Below, piece by piece: positions 47,454-56,461 of a stretch of DNA of 57,220 nucleotides. Source of the DNA: Flavobacteriaceae bacterium UBA1115 (GTDB taxonomy: Bacteria > Bacteroidota > Bacteroidia > Flavobacteriales > Flavobacteriaceae); contig DCBE01000019.1 in the NCBI GenBank assembly GCA_002313325.1, positions 1-57,220 on the forward strand. Direction: 5' to 3'. A model generated the notes under the pieces. It was not told the origin of the DNA. It searched no databases and saw only the letters and a list, made by a program, of their open reading frames with translations. The position numbers were made by a program, and so were the translations under genes. Position 1 is the stretch's first letter. Each line of letters starts with the position of its first letter.

Positions 47454-50400
47454 TCCTGTTGATAAGGCGCAACAGCTTTTCTAAAGGCCTTATTGACTTC
47501 GGATACGAGCGCTAAATCTGAATCTACCATTTGATAGCTTTCAACCAATGATTGGTACCCACTAATTTCATAGGCGATGCTTTCCTTATAATATGCAAGC
47601 TCTTCATTTGGCACTTGACTAAATAGCGCAAGCCTGTTTTGATAGACTTGGGCAATGGCATCAAAAAGCAAACGCCCTGATGCTTCCATTTCTGCATCAA
47701 ACAATACAGTAACATATGGCGCCATAGGTGTGTAGTAATCATAGGCCGAATACAATGGCGCAAAACTCCCTGAACTTTCAATAAATCCTTGAATTAGAGT
47801 CTTTGCTACCTCAAAGTGTTCGGCGGCCACCGTCGCATCTACAACCGCACGATAGCGTTCCATATCTGTTAGTATGATTTCTGCATAAGCCCGTTGGTTG
47901 TCATCTCCAATGGAATTGTAATAGTTTAGTTTGTCAAGGTATTTGTCAGCAATTTTTTCAGCCAGAGTACCTGCCTTTTCATTGGCCTCAGCTTGGTAGT
48001 AAGCGGCAACGATTGGCGTTAACAGGCTGTAATACCCAAAATATTCCAATGGCATTTTTTCCATGGCTAAGTCCAAAATAGCTATCGCTTTTTCAGGCTT
48101 ATTTTCTTCGTTTAATTGTTCTGCCAGTCGGGTTAAGTTGCTTCTAAAAGAAATGCTGTTTTTACGTGTTTCTGGGTCGTGGTATATTTGGTCGCTGTCT
48201 GCATTTCCCCAATCCCATTTTTGGACAATGTCATACATTTTATCCGCATCAATGCGCCCCATTTGATAAGGATTGATGGGATTTTCGGTTGTTTTTATGG
48301 GTACCAACTTATAAACCAGCCCATCCAATTGTAAATAGTCTTTCATCCAGATGTATTCTTGATCCTCATAACTCCCCCCAGTATAATATATTGGACGTTT
48401 CCAATCGTTGTTATGTAAGATGTCTAGCATCATTAAACGGTTTTTGTATAAACCAGACTTAGGCAAGTCAATGTCGATATAATCCACAATTAAATCAGCA
48501 TCTTCTGGCTTTACCGCACCACTCATTAATACATTTTCTTTGTTTACGGGCACCCTAATTTTATTCGTTGGATAGTACACCATGTTAAGCGTTTGCTTTG
48601 GTATTCTAGCTAAATCTACTTCATATTGTTGCAGTAAATGCTTGTAGCGTGTACGTGGGTTGTCACTGGAAACCCAAGTCATAAAGTCTGCCAAATTCCA
48701 ACGCACACTGTCGTTTACCGCCTCAAACTTGACGTAATCACGTGTCCCGTAGGCATACTGTTTATGGCTCAGTTGAGACGGAATGGGATTACTTTCGTAA
48801 GTTTTGCGTTTTAACTGATCGATATACCAATCGGTCGCCAGCAGTTGCGTATTGATACTTCGCACATCGGTACGATACCCTTCAATTTCTTGTGCATACC
48901 AAATGGCAAAGGTATCGTTGTCTCCAATGGTAAAGATCATTGCGTCTTTGTCTTCGTCAATAGAATCCAAATAGGCTTTTGCCGTTGATTGTGCCGTATA
49001 TCGATTTGAACGGTCGTGGTCGTCACAGTTTTGATAGCCCATAAGCATAGGTACTGCCAATAAACAAAGCACAACACTCAAAGGAGCCGCCATTCGAGCT
49101 GAAACCACTTTTTTCAGGCTGTCGCCAAGGGCTACTACACCAATTCCAATGCACATGGCAAACACATAAAAAGAACCAACAAGTGCGTAGTCACGTTCGC
49201 GCGGTTCAAAGACACGTTCGTTTAGATATACCTTTAGCGCTAATCCTGTAAAGAGGAAAAATACCAGCAGCACCCAAAATTGTTTTTTATCTTGTTGATA
49301 TAAAAATAAAGCTCCCAGCAAGCCTAAGAACAAGGGCAGCATAAAGTAGGTATTGCGGCCTTTGTTGTTTTTTGCATCTTGGTAGAGATTGTTTTGTGGC
49401 CCTAGCCTGATGCTGTCCAGCCATGATATGCCGCTGATCCAATTGCCATTAAACGGGTCGAGTTCCCCTTTTTCATCATTTTGTTTGCCGGCAAAATTCC
49501 ACATAAAATAGCGGAAATACATATAATTTATTTGGAAGTCAAACAGATAAGTTAGGTTGTCTACTAAAGAAGGTTTTTCGATGTCAATATAGGTACCAAA
49601 GCGCTGTAAAAACTCGTGATACCCTTTTGCGTCAACTTCATTGTTGTTAACTCTTGAAATAAAGTCATTTATTAAATTAGTAAGCTTTTCTTGGTTTCGG
49701 TATTCGGGCTTGATGTCAAAATCAGGCGCGCCGTAATACGTGATGTAGTTTACCGCATTTCCGGAGCTCCACATCCGGGGTAGCAGTCCTGTGTGCTTGT
49801 TATTGGCATTGATGCGCGCATCTTTCCATGCATTGACGATTTCATATCGCCCTTTCTTTAGATCTTTTTCATATTTGGGCTTGTCGTCTCTGTAGGGGTC
49901 TTTTTCATCCTGGCCCGCATACATATCCGTATACATAGGCCCATAGAACAAATGGGTTTCGGGATATTGCTCAAGGTTGTAATAGGCCAACAATGCCCGC
50001 GCATCGGCCGGTGCGTTTTCGTTAATAACGGTATTTGCGTTGGCGCGAATGGGCAACATAATCCATGAGGAAAATCCGATGAGTATGAAGGCAATACACC
50101 AAAGCCCTGTGTTGAGCTGAACCCATTTTTTTTGCTGGGTGAAGCGCAAGCCCCAAAAGAAAAAAGCTATAATGGATAAACCGGCAATGATGGTTCCTGA
50201 ATTAAACGGCAATCCAAATGAATTGACAAAGAAAACCTCAGCATTTCCAAAATAGGCGAGCGTTAGCGGCAGCAGGAGTTTGAAAACAAACAGCAATACG
50301 GCAACGGAAACCACATTGGCAATTATAAAAGACTTCCAAGAAAAGGTATAGTTTCTAAAATAGTACAACATGCCAATGGCAGGTATTGTAAGTAGCCCCA

Positions 50401-50971
50401 TAAAGTGCACACCAAAAGAGAGTCCAATAAGAAATGCAATCATCACCAGCCAACGATCGCCACGCGGTGTATGCATTACTGCTTCCCACCTTAAACCTAG
50501 CCAAAATATGACGGAGGTGATAAACATGGCCATGGCATATACTTCTGCTTCAACGGCATTAAACCAAAATGAGTCTGAAAACGCATAGCTCAATGCGCCA
50601 ACTGCCGCTGCGCCCAGCACCAATATTCCATTTGGTCCTTTTGGTTGTTCCTCTTTAATAACAACGCGTGTTAGGATGCGTGTAAGCGACCAAAACATAA
50701 AAAGTATGGTAAAGGCGCTGGCAATTACTGACATCATATTTACCCAGAAAGCTACGCTTTCGGGCCCACTGGCAAACGAGGAAAAAAAGGCACCCATCAT
50801 CTGAAAAAGGGGTGCCCCAGGGGGATGTCCAACCTGAAGTTTTGCCGATGTAGCAATATATTCACTACAATCCCAGTAACTTGCTGTAGGTTCAACTGTT
50901 AGGTAGTAGGTAGTAAAGGCAATAAAAAATACAAACCAACCTGTTAACGTATTTCTTTTGGTAAAATTCAT
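47450..50971 (-). CDS. DUF2723-family large membrane protein (GT-C-like glycosyltransferase fold, family GT117-like)
   Basis: In the ORF 47450..51019, ATG 50971 (MNFTKRNTLTGWFVF...) is preferred. The N-terminal 600 aa or so is polytopic (YWDCSEYIATSAKLQVGHPPGAPLFQM is characteristic of DUF2723 as I recall). The C-terminal half is soluble and helical. Confidence 0.65.
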   Translation of the reverse strand: MNFTKRNTLTGWFVFFIAFTTYYLTVEPTASYWDCSEYIATSAKLQVGHPPGAPLFQMMGAFFSSFASGPESVAFWVNMMSVIASAFTILFMFWSLTRILTRVVIKEEQPKGPNGILVLGAAAVGALSYAFSDSFWFNAVEAEVYAMAMFITSVIFWLGLRWEAVMHTPRGDRWLVMIAFLIGLSFGVHFMGLLTIPAIGMLYYFRNYTFSWKSFIIANVVSVAVLLFVFKLLLPLTLAYFGNAEVFFVNSFGLPFNSGTIIAGLSIIAFFFWGLRFTQQKKWVQLNTGLWCIAFILIGFSSWIMLPIRANANTVINENAPADARALLAYYNLEQYPETHLFYGPMYTDMYAGQDEKDPYRDDKPKYEKDLKKGRYEIVNAWKDARINANNKHTGLLPRMWSSGNAVNYITYYGAPDFDIKPEYRNQEKLTNLINDFISRVNNNEVDAKGYHEFLQRFGTYIDIEKPSLVDNLTYLFDFQINYMYFRYFMWNFAGKQNDEKGELDPFNGNWISGISWLDSIRLGPQNNLYQDAKNNKGRNTYFMLPLFLGLLGALFLYQQDKKQFWVLLVFFLFTGLALKVYLNERVFEPRERDYALVGSFYVFAMCIGIGVVALGDSLKKVVSARMAAPLSVVLCLLAVPMLMGYQNCDDHDRSNRYTAQSTAKAYLDSIDEDKDAMIFTIGDNDTFAIWYAQEIEGYRTDVRSINTQLLATDWYIDQLKRKTYESNPIPSQLSHKQYAYGTRDYVKFEAVNDSVRWNLADFMTWVSSDNPRTRYKHLLQQYEVDLARIPKQTLNMVYYPTNKIRVPVNKENVLMSGAVKPEDADLIVDYIDIDLPKSGLYKNRLMMLDILHNNDWKRPIYYTGGSYEDQEYIWMKDYLQLDGLVYKLVPIKTTENPINPYQMGRIDADKMYDIVQKWDWGNADSDQIYHDPETRKNSISFRSNLTRLAEQLNEENKPEKAIAILDLAMEKMPLEYFGYYSLLTPIVAAYYQAEANEKAGTLAEKIADKYLDKLNYYNSIGDDNQRAYAEIILTDMERYRAVVDATVAAEHFEVAKTLIQGFIESSGSFAPLYSAYDYYTPMAPYVTVLFDAEMEASGRLLFDAIAQVYQNRLALFSQVPNEELAYYKESIAYEISGYQSLVESYQMVDSDLALVSEVNKAFRKAVAPYQQD

Positions 50972-51059
50972 AGGTCTCGTAAAGAGCACTAAAGTACAAT
51001 ATCTGCTAAAACTTGACATAAGATTTTTTTAAACTATTGGCGCAACAAAAACTTTGTGC

Positions 51060-51067
51060 TATTTTTG
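51060..51067 (+). promoter_or_regulatory. -7 box TATTTTTG, possible tRNA-Gln promoter
   Basis: Exact TAnnTTTG match 67 nt upstream of the tRNA 5' end. The distance is rather long, so this is tentative. Confidence 0.25.
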
Positions 51068-51134
51068 CCAACCGTTTATTTGTAGTACAGCGTATTAAGT
51101 ATCGCGTCTGCTATGTAAATTGAGTTTAATTTAT

Positions 51135-51207
51135 TGGCCTATGGTGTAACTGGCAACACGTCTGATTTTGGTTCAGAAGAGTCTAGGTTCGAGCCCTAGT
51201 AGGCCAA
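51135..51207 (+). tRNA. tRNA-Gln(TTG)
   Basis: Manual cloverleaf: acceptor TGGCCTA/TAGGCCA (U1:A72 as in bacterial tRNA-Gln), D arm GTGT/ACAC, anticodon arm TCTGA-TTTTGGT-TCAGA (anticodon TTG), T arm CTAGG-TTCGAGC-CCTAG. CCA is not encoded. Confidence 0.9.
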
Positions 51208-51213
51208 CAAGCC

Positions 51214-51238
51214 CACTCCTTTTTGAGTGATCTTTTTT
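51214..51238 (+). terminator. weak hairpin plus T6 tract after tRNA-Gln
   Basis: CACTC (51214-18) / GAGTG (51225-29) with a 6-nt loop, then at-c-TTTTTT (51233-38). The stem is only 5 bp. Confidence 0.3.
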
Positions 51239-51346
51239 ATGCAACCTTTCTTTTTATACAGATGCTAATGAACTCAAATATTGGCATGCAAACGACACCA
51301 TAATTTTGAAGATTTTTGTCAAGGTTACTAAATCCAATTTTATTTC

Positions 51347-51354
51347 TATATTTG
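51347..51354 (+). promoter_or_regulatory. -7 box TATATTTG, candidate rimP-nusA-infB promoter
   Basis: Exact TAnnTTTG match 49 nt upstream of ATG 51404. Confidence 0.4.
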
Positions 51355-51376
51355 CATCTTTTAACGGGATAGTGGT

Positions 51377-51403
51377 AGGGGACATTGTCCTCTTTTTTAT
51401 TTT
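51377..51403 (+). promoter_or_regulatory. leader hairpin plus U-tract (terminator/attenuator-like) immediately upstream of the rimP ATG
   Basis: AGGGGAC (51377-83) pairs with GTCCTCT (51387-93): 7 bp including one G-U, with a 3-nt loop, followed by TTTTTTATTTT running into ATG 51404. Confidence 0.4.
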
Positions 51404-51877
51404 ATGGATTTTAATAGACGCGTACACGAATTACTCAACAAAGCCTTGGCCAAGCAGCCCGCTTTATTTTTAGTGGATATAAGCATCGACCTAGCTTCGC
51501 ACATACGTGTTGAACTTGATGGCGACACTGGGGTAACCCTTGAACAGTGCATACAAGTGAGTCGTCATATTGAGCACAACCTAGATAGAGAAGAGCACGA
51601 CTTTTCACTTGAGGTAGGTTCTGCAGGTGCTGCCGCACCGCTTAAGCAACCGCGACAGTATAAAAAACATCTAGGTCGTATCTTAAAAATCATCACCAAT
51701 AGCGATGAAGAGCTAAAGGGGACCTTAACAGCTACAGACGATCAAATGATTGCGTTGCAGTGGAAAGCACGCGAACCAAAACCCGTTGGCAAAGGAAAAC
51801 ACACGGTAAGTAAGGACGCTAAAGTGTCCTACACCGAAATTAAAAAAGCAATCGTTCAAATTCAATTTAATAAGTAA
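51404..51877 (+). CDS. rimP: ribosome maturation factor RimP
   Basis: 157 aa, located directly upstream of nusA. It has the RimP N-terminal pattern (LFLVDISI...IRVELDGD.GVTLEQC..VSRHIE). Confidence 0.85.
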   Translation: MDFNRRVHELLNKALAKQPALFLVDISIDLASHIRVELDGDTGVTLEQCIQVSRHIEHNLDREEHDFSLEVGSAGAAAPLKQPRQYKKHLGRILKIITNSDEELKGTLTATDDQMIALQWKAREPKPVGKGKHTVSKDAKVSYTEIKKAIVQIQFNK

Positions 51878-51878
51878 T

Positions 51879-53114
51879 ATGGAAAATCTCGCCCTTATAG
51901 AGTCGTTTTCGGAGTTTAAAGACGAAAAGTTTATCGACCGAGTAACGTTAATGTCAATCCTTGAAGAAGTGTTTCGCAATACCTTGAAAAAGAAATATGG
52001 AACAGATGACAATTTTGATATTATTATCAACCCAGACAAAGGGGATTTGGAAATATGGCGTAACCGCATTGTTGTGGAAAATGGCGAAGTAGATGATCCC
52101 AATGAAGAAATAGAACTTTCAGAAGCACAAAAAATTGAGCCCGATTTTGAAGTGGGTGAAGACGTTTCAGAAGAAGTAAAATTAGCCGACCTGGGGAGAC
52201 GTTCTGTTTTGGCACTACGTCAAAACTTGGTGGCACGTATTCACGAGCACGACAACACCATCATCTACAAGCAATTCATTGACCTTGTTGGCGAAATCTA
52301 CACAGCGGAGGTACACCACATACGCAACCGTGTAGTGATCTTGCTTGATGATGAAGGAAACGAAATCATTCTGCCCAAAGACCGACAAATTCCATCTGAT
52401 TTTTACAGAAAAGGAGACAACGTTCGTGGGATTATTGAAAGTGTAGAACTTAAGGGAACCAAACCAAGTATTATTATGTCGCGTACGGCGCCACGGTTCT
52501 TGGAAAAATTATTTGAACAAGAGATTCCTGAAGTATTTGATGGCTTGATTACCATCAAAAAGGCCGTTCGCGTCCCTGGAGAAAAAGCCAAAGTGGCTGT
52601 TGATTCTTATGACGACCGCATCGATCCAGTTGGTGCTTGTGTGGGCATGAAAGGTTCCCGTATCCACGGCATCGTACGTGAATTGGGAAATGAAAATATT
52701 GATGTGATTAACTATACCAACAACACCCAACTTCTAATTACAAGATCATTAAGTCCCGCTAAAGTCACTTCGGTCAAAATAGATGAAGAGACCAAGCGTG
52801 TTGAGGTGATGATGGATCCAAGCGAAGTGTCCAAAGCCATTGGACGTGGAGGATTTAATATCCGCCTTGCAGGGCAACTCACGGGCTACGAAATTGACGT
52901 GTACCGTGAGGGCATGGAAGAAGATGTTGAGTTAACTGAGTTTTCTGATGAAATTGAAGCCTGGATTATAGCGGAATTTAAAAAGGCAGGATTAGATACT
53001 GCTAAAAGTATATTAGAAGAGGATATTGAAGATTTGATAAAACGTACCGATTTGGAAGAAGAGACCATTTCAGATGTGCGAAAAATATTAAGCGCAGAAT
53101 TTTCTAACGAATAA
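51879..53114 (+). CDS. nusA: transcription termination/antitermination factor NusA
   Basis: 411 aa with N-terminal domain, S1 domain and two KH domains (GACVGMKGSRI, IGRGGFNIRLA). Confidence 0.95.
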   Translation: MENLALIESFSEFKDEKFIDRVTLMSILEEVFRNTLKKKYGTDDNFDIIINPDKGDLEIWRNRIVVENGEVDDPNEEIELSEAQKIEPDFEVGEDVSEEVKLADLGRRSVLALRQNLVARIHEHDNTIIYKQFIDLVGEIYTAEVHHIRNRVVILLDDEGNEIILPKDRQIPSDFYRKGDNVRGIIESVELKGTKPSIIMSRTAPRFLEKLFEQEIPEVFDGLITIKKAVRVPGEKAKVAVDSYDDRIDPVGACVGMKGSRIHGIVRELGNENIDVINYTNNTQLLITRSLSPAKVTSVKIDEETKRVEVMMDPSEVSKAIGRGGFNIRLAGQLTGYEIDVYREGMEEDVELTEFSDEIEAWIIAEFKKAGLDTAKSILEEDIEDLIKRTDLEEETISDVRKILSAEFSNE

Positions 53115-53150
53115 CCAAACCAAGCAATTTTTTATTGCGCAAAAGATTAT

Positions 53151-55862
53151 ATGGCAGATTTAAAAACAATTCGAATTAATAAAGTACTCCGCGAGCTAAA
53201 CATCTCGTTGGACCGTGCAGTGGACCACCTGTCCGAAAAAGGATTTTCAGTGGAAGCGCGCCCAACAGCCAAACTTTCGCAGCAGGAGTATGAACTACTT
53301 TTAGATGCATTCCAAACGGATCGCTCCAAAAAAGAAGCGTCTCACGAAGTATTCGAAGAGAAACGTAAAGAAAAAGAAGCCATTCGCGAACAGGCACAAA
53401 AAGAAGAAGCGCCCACCCCCGAGCTTTCTAAAACAAAAAACGTAGTCAAGGCACAAGCAAACTTGAGCGGCTTAAACCCCCAAGTTAAATTTGACTTAAA
53501 CCCGAATCCAAAGCCTGCCGAAGCTCCCAAAGTATCAGCGCCAGAAGAAACAGCACCACCACCAATAGAAACAGTTGTACCCAAAACAGACAAACTTTCC
53601 GTGGCAGATAAAACTGCTGGAGCAGATAAACCTACCGTGGCAGATAAACCTACCGAAGCTGCGCCAACTGCCAAAGCTAAAGAGGAAGCACCTGCAAAAG
53701 CAGCAATGCCTGTAGAACCAACGTCTGAAAACTCTGGAAAGATTGAAACTCAATACAAAAAGTTAAGTGGTTTAAAATCAGCTGGGGATAAAATTGATTT
53801 ATCAAAATTCAAAAAACCCGCCCCAATGAACCCCGCTGACAGCGATAGCAACAAGCGTCGCAGAAAACGAATTACTAAAGACACAGGTCCTGGAAACCGC
53901 AAGCCCAACAATCGCGGTAATAAACAACAGCGACCAACGTTAGCTAAAGAAGAGCCTACAGAAGAAGAAATCCAAAAGCAAATTCGAGAAACTCTCGAAA
54001 AGCTGCAAGGAAAGACTTCCAAGTCAAAAGGAGCTAAGTACCGCCGTGAAAAGAGAGACTTTCACCGTCAAAAATCGGAGGAAGTAGAAGCGTTACAAGA
54101 AGCAGAAAGCAAAATCCTTAAGGTTACCGAGTTTGTAACTGTTGGAGAAGTGGCAACCATGATGGATATCAGTTCCACACAAATTATATCGGCATGTATG
54201 TCGCTAGGTATCATGGTTACCATGAACCAGCGCTTGGATGCAGAAACACTTTCTATTGTTGCTGAAGAATTTGGTTATGAAGTAGAATTTGTGACGGCTG
54301 ACATTGAAGATGCCGTTGAAGTAGTTGAAGATAAACTGGAAGACTTAGAACACCGCTCACCTATAGTTACGGTTATGGGACACGTTGATCACGGAAAAAC
54401 ATCTCTCTTAGATTATGTGCGAAATGCGAATGTAATTCAAGGAGAGTCTGGGGGTATTACGCAGCACATTGGTGCGTATTGTGTGAAAGTGAAAAATGGA
54501 CAAACCATTACCTTTTTAGACACTCCTGGTCACGAGGCCTTTACTGCTATGCGAGCGCGTGGAACACAAGTAACCGACTTGGTTATTATTGTGGTGGCTG
54601 CCGATGACGACATCAAACCACAAACCAAAGAGGCCATCAGTCACGCACAAGCGGCTTCGGTTCCCATAGTGTTTGCCATTAACAAAATGGACTTGCCAAC
54701 GGCCAACCCGGATAAAATCAAGGAAAACTTAGCTGGAATGAATTTATTGGTTGAAGATTGGGGTGGAAAAATCCAATCCCAAGACATCTCTGCTAGGACA
54801 GGGGAAGGCGTTGAAGAGCTTTTAGAAAAAGTATTGTTAGAAGCAGAGCTACTGGAGCTAAAAGCAAACCCAAACAAGGCTGCTCAAGGTTCTGTAGTTG
54901 AAGCATTTTTAGATAAAGGTAGAGGATATATTTCCACTTTATTAGTACAATCTGGCACATTGCGCATTGGAGATTATATTTTAGCTGGACGGCACAGCGG
55001 TAAAGTAAAAGCGATGCAGAATGAGCATGGCATGGAAATTAAAGAAGCTGGTCCGTCTACGCCCGTTTCCATTTTAGGACTTGACGGCGCACCGCAAGCA
55101 GGTGACCGCTTCAATATTTATGGCGACGAAAGAGAAGCCAAGCAAATTGCCGCAAAACGCACCCAATTGGTGCGCGAGCAGTCGGTTAGAACGCAACGCC
55201 ACATTACACTGGATGAAATCGGAAGACGTATTGCACTGGGTGACTTTAAAGAATTGAATATTATTCTGAAAGGAGACGTGGATGGTTCTGTCGAAGCGCT
55301 AACGGACTCGTTCCAAAAGCTTTCTAACGAAGAAATTCAAGTTAACATTATCCACAAAGGCGTTGGCGCCATAACGGAATCAGATGTATTGTTGGCTTCG
55401 GCTTCCGATGCGATTGTTATCGGCTTTAATGTACGTCCTATGGGAACTGCACGTCAATTGGCCGAGAAAGAGGAAATCGATATTCGAAGCTACTCTATTA
55501 TTTACGATGCCATCAATGATCTTAAAGATGCGATGGAAGGCATGCTTTCACCCGATTTCAAAGAAGAGATTAGGGGTAATGCTGAAATCAGGGAAACCTT
55601 TAAAATATCAAAAGTGGGTACCATTGCCGGTTGTATGGTTACAGACGGTAAAATTATCCGCAACTCAGGTATTCGTGTTATCCGTGAAGGGGTTGTTGTT
55701 TTCATGGGCGAATTAGAATCTCTCAAGCGTTTTAAAGACGATGTTAAAGAGGTTACCAAAGGCTACGATTGTGGGCTTCAAATCAAAGGATTTAACGACA
55801 TCAAAGATGGCGATGTTGTGGAGTGCTATGAAGAAGTAGCCATCAAAAAAACGCTTAAATAA
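53151..55862 (+). CDS. infB: translation initiation factor IF-2
   Basis: 903 aa with a variable basic/Pro-Ala-rich N-terminal region, G domain [24 protein letters not shown], and a conserved C-terminal domain. Confidence 0.95.
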   Translation: MADLKTIRINKVLRELNISLDRAVDHLSEKGFSVEARPTAKLSQQEYELLLDAFQTDRSKKEASHEVFEEKRKEKEAIREQAQKEEAPTPELSKTKNVVKAQANLSGLNPQVKFDLNPNPKPAEAPKVSAPEETAPPPIETVVPKTDKLSVADKTAGADKPTVADKPTEAAPTAKAKEEAPAKAAMPVEPTSENSGKIETQYKKLSGLKSAGDKIDLSKFKKPAPMNPADSDSNKRRRKRITKDTGPGNRKPNNRGNKQQRPTLAKEEPTEEEIQKQIRETLEKLQGKTSKSKGAKYRREKRDFHRQKSEEVEALQEAESKILKVTEFVTVGEVATMMDISSTQIISACMSLGIMVTMNQRLDAETLSIVAEEFGYEVEFVTADIEDAVEVVEDKLEDLEHRSPIVTVMGHVDHGKTSLLDYVRNANVIQGESGGITQHIGAYCVKVKNGQTITFLDTPGHEAFTAMRARGTQVTDLVIIVVAADDDIKPQTKEAISHAQAASVPIVFAINKMDLPTANPDKIKENLAGMNLLVEDWGGKIQSQDISARTGEGVEELLEKVLLEAELLELKANPNKAAQGSVVEAFLDKGRGYISTLLVQSGTLRIGDYILAGRHSGKVKAMQNEHGMEIKEAGPSTPVSILGLDGAPQAGDRFNIYGDEREAKQIAAKRTQLVREQSVRTQRHITLDEIGRRIALGDFKELNIILKGDVDGSVEALTDSFQKLSNEEIQVNIIHKGVGAITESDVLLASASDAIVIGFNVRPMGTARQLAEKEEIDIRSYSIIYDAINDLKDAMEGMLSPDFKEEIRGNAEIRETFKISKVGTIAGCMVTDGKIIRNSGIRVIREGVVVFMGELESLKRFKDDVKEVTKGYDCGLQIKGFNDIKDGDVVECYEEVAIKKTLK
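53601..53654 (+). repeat. 3 x 18-nt in-frame tandem repeat in the infB N-terminal region
   Basis: gtggcagataaaactgct / ggagcagataaacctacc / gtggcagataaacctacc encodes [18 protein letters not shown]. Confidence 0.85.
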
Positions 55863-55863
55863 C

Positions 55864-56247
55864 TTAAGGCTTCAGTACAAAAGCCGAGCTAAATCTCCCT
55901 TTAACTTTTTCTAATTCTGCCAAAGCTTCCCGCTCATTGGTAAAACTACCTACACGTATTTTATAGTTGGGTGTTTCGTGAATCAGCTGTGCAATCATAT
56001 TTGGAAATAAGGTTTCAAACCTTGCTAACTCTGCTGTAGTTTCCTCAAAATTGCCATAAAATATTTGAATTGTAAATTGCTTCTTGGCTGCATTCAATCG
56101 GTCTAAGGCTATTTTTTTCTGAAGTAAGCTGTCTAATTTCTGTGGTGCACGTATTTGTGTTTGTGCTTGCTGTCCCATTACGTAGGAACAGTTTATTAAA
56201 ACACAAAAAATAAAACAGCAAGTTTTTCGATGCATGTTGAATTTCAT
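55864..56247 (-). CDS. SPOR (peptidoglycan-binding) domain protein
   Basis: The ORF 55864..56304 has a signal/anchor segment (MHRKTCCFIFCVLINCSYVMGQQ) and a C-terminal SPOR pattern FTIQIFYGNFEETT...YKIRVGSFTNEREALAELEKVK. The start is ambiguous (56247 or 56235). Confidence 0.65.
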   Translation of the reverse strand: MKFNMHRKTCCFIFCVLINCSYVMGQQAQTQIRAPQKLDSLLQKKIALDRLNAAKKQFTIQIFYGNFEETTAELARFETLFPNMIAQLIHETPNYKIRVGSFTNEREALAELEKVKGRFSSAFVLKP

Positions 56248-56408
56248 TAAAGACAAAAATACACCATTATTTAAATTATTTTTTGTTAAAAAGATGCTAA
56301 ACATTATTTATTTATGTGTCTGATTAACAGTAATATAACATATTATTTAGACAAAATATAAATTAAAACTTTGACAGCTATCTAGTTTTTAAAATGGGGG
56401 CTGTGTCG

Positions 56409-56416
56409 TAATTTTG
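56409..56416 (+). promoter_or_regulatory. -7 box TAATTTTG upstream of the cytochrome c gene
   Basis: Exact TAnnTTTG match 45 nt upstream of ATG 56462. Confidence 0.35.
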
Positions 56417-56461
56417 CTAACAGATTCATTAAAGTGTGAATTAACCAAAAATTAACCTCGT

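Noticed and set aside
53124-53138. A GCAAT-TTTTT-ATTGC hairpin in the 36-nt nusA-infB spacer.
   Set aside because: The stem is only 5 bp and AT-rich, no U-tract follows, and the two genes are expected to be co-transcribed. It is too weak to call a regulatory element.
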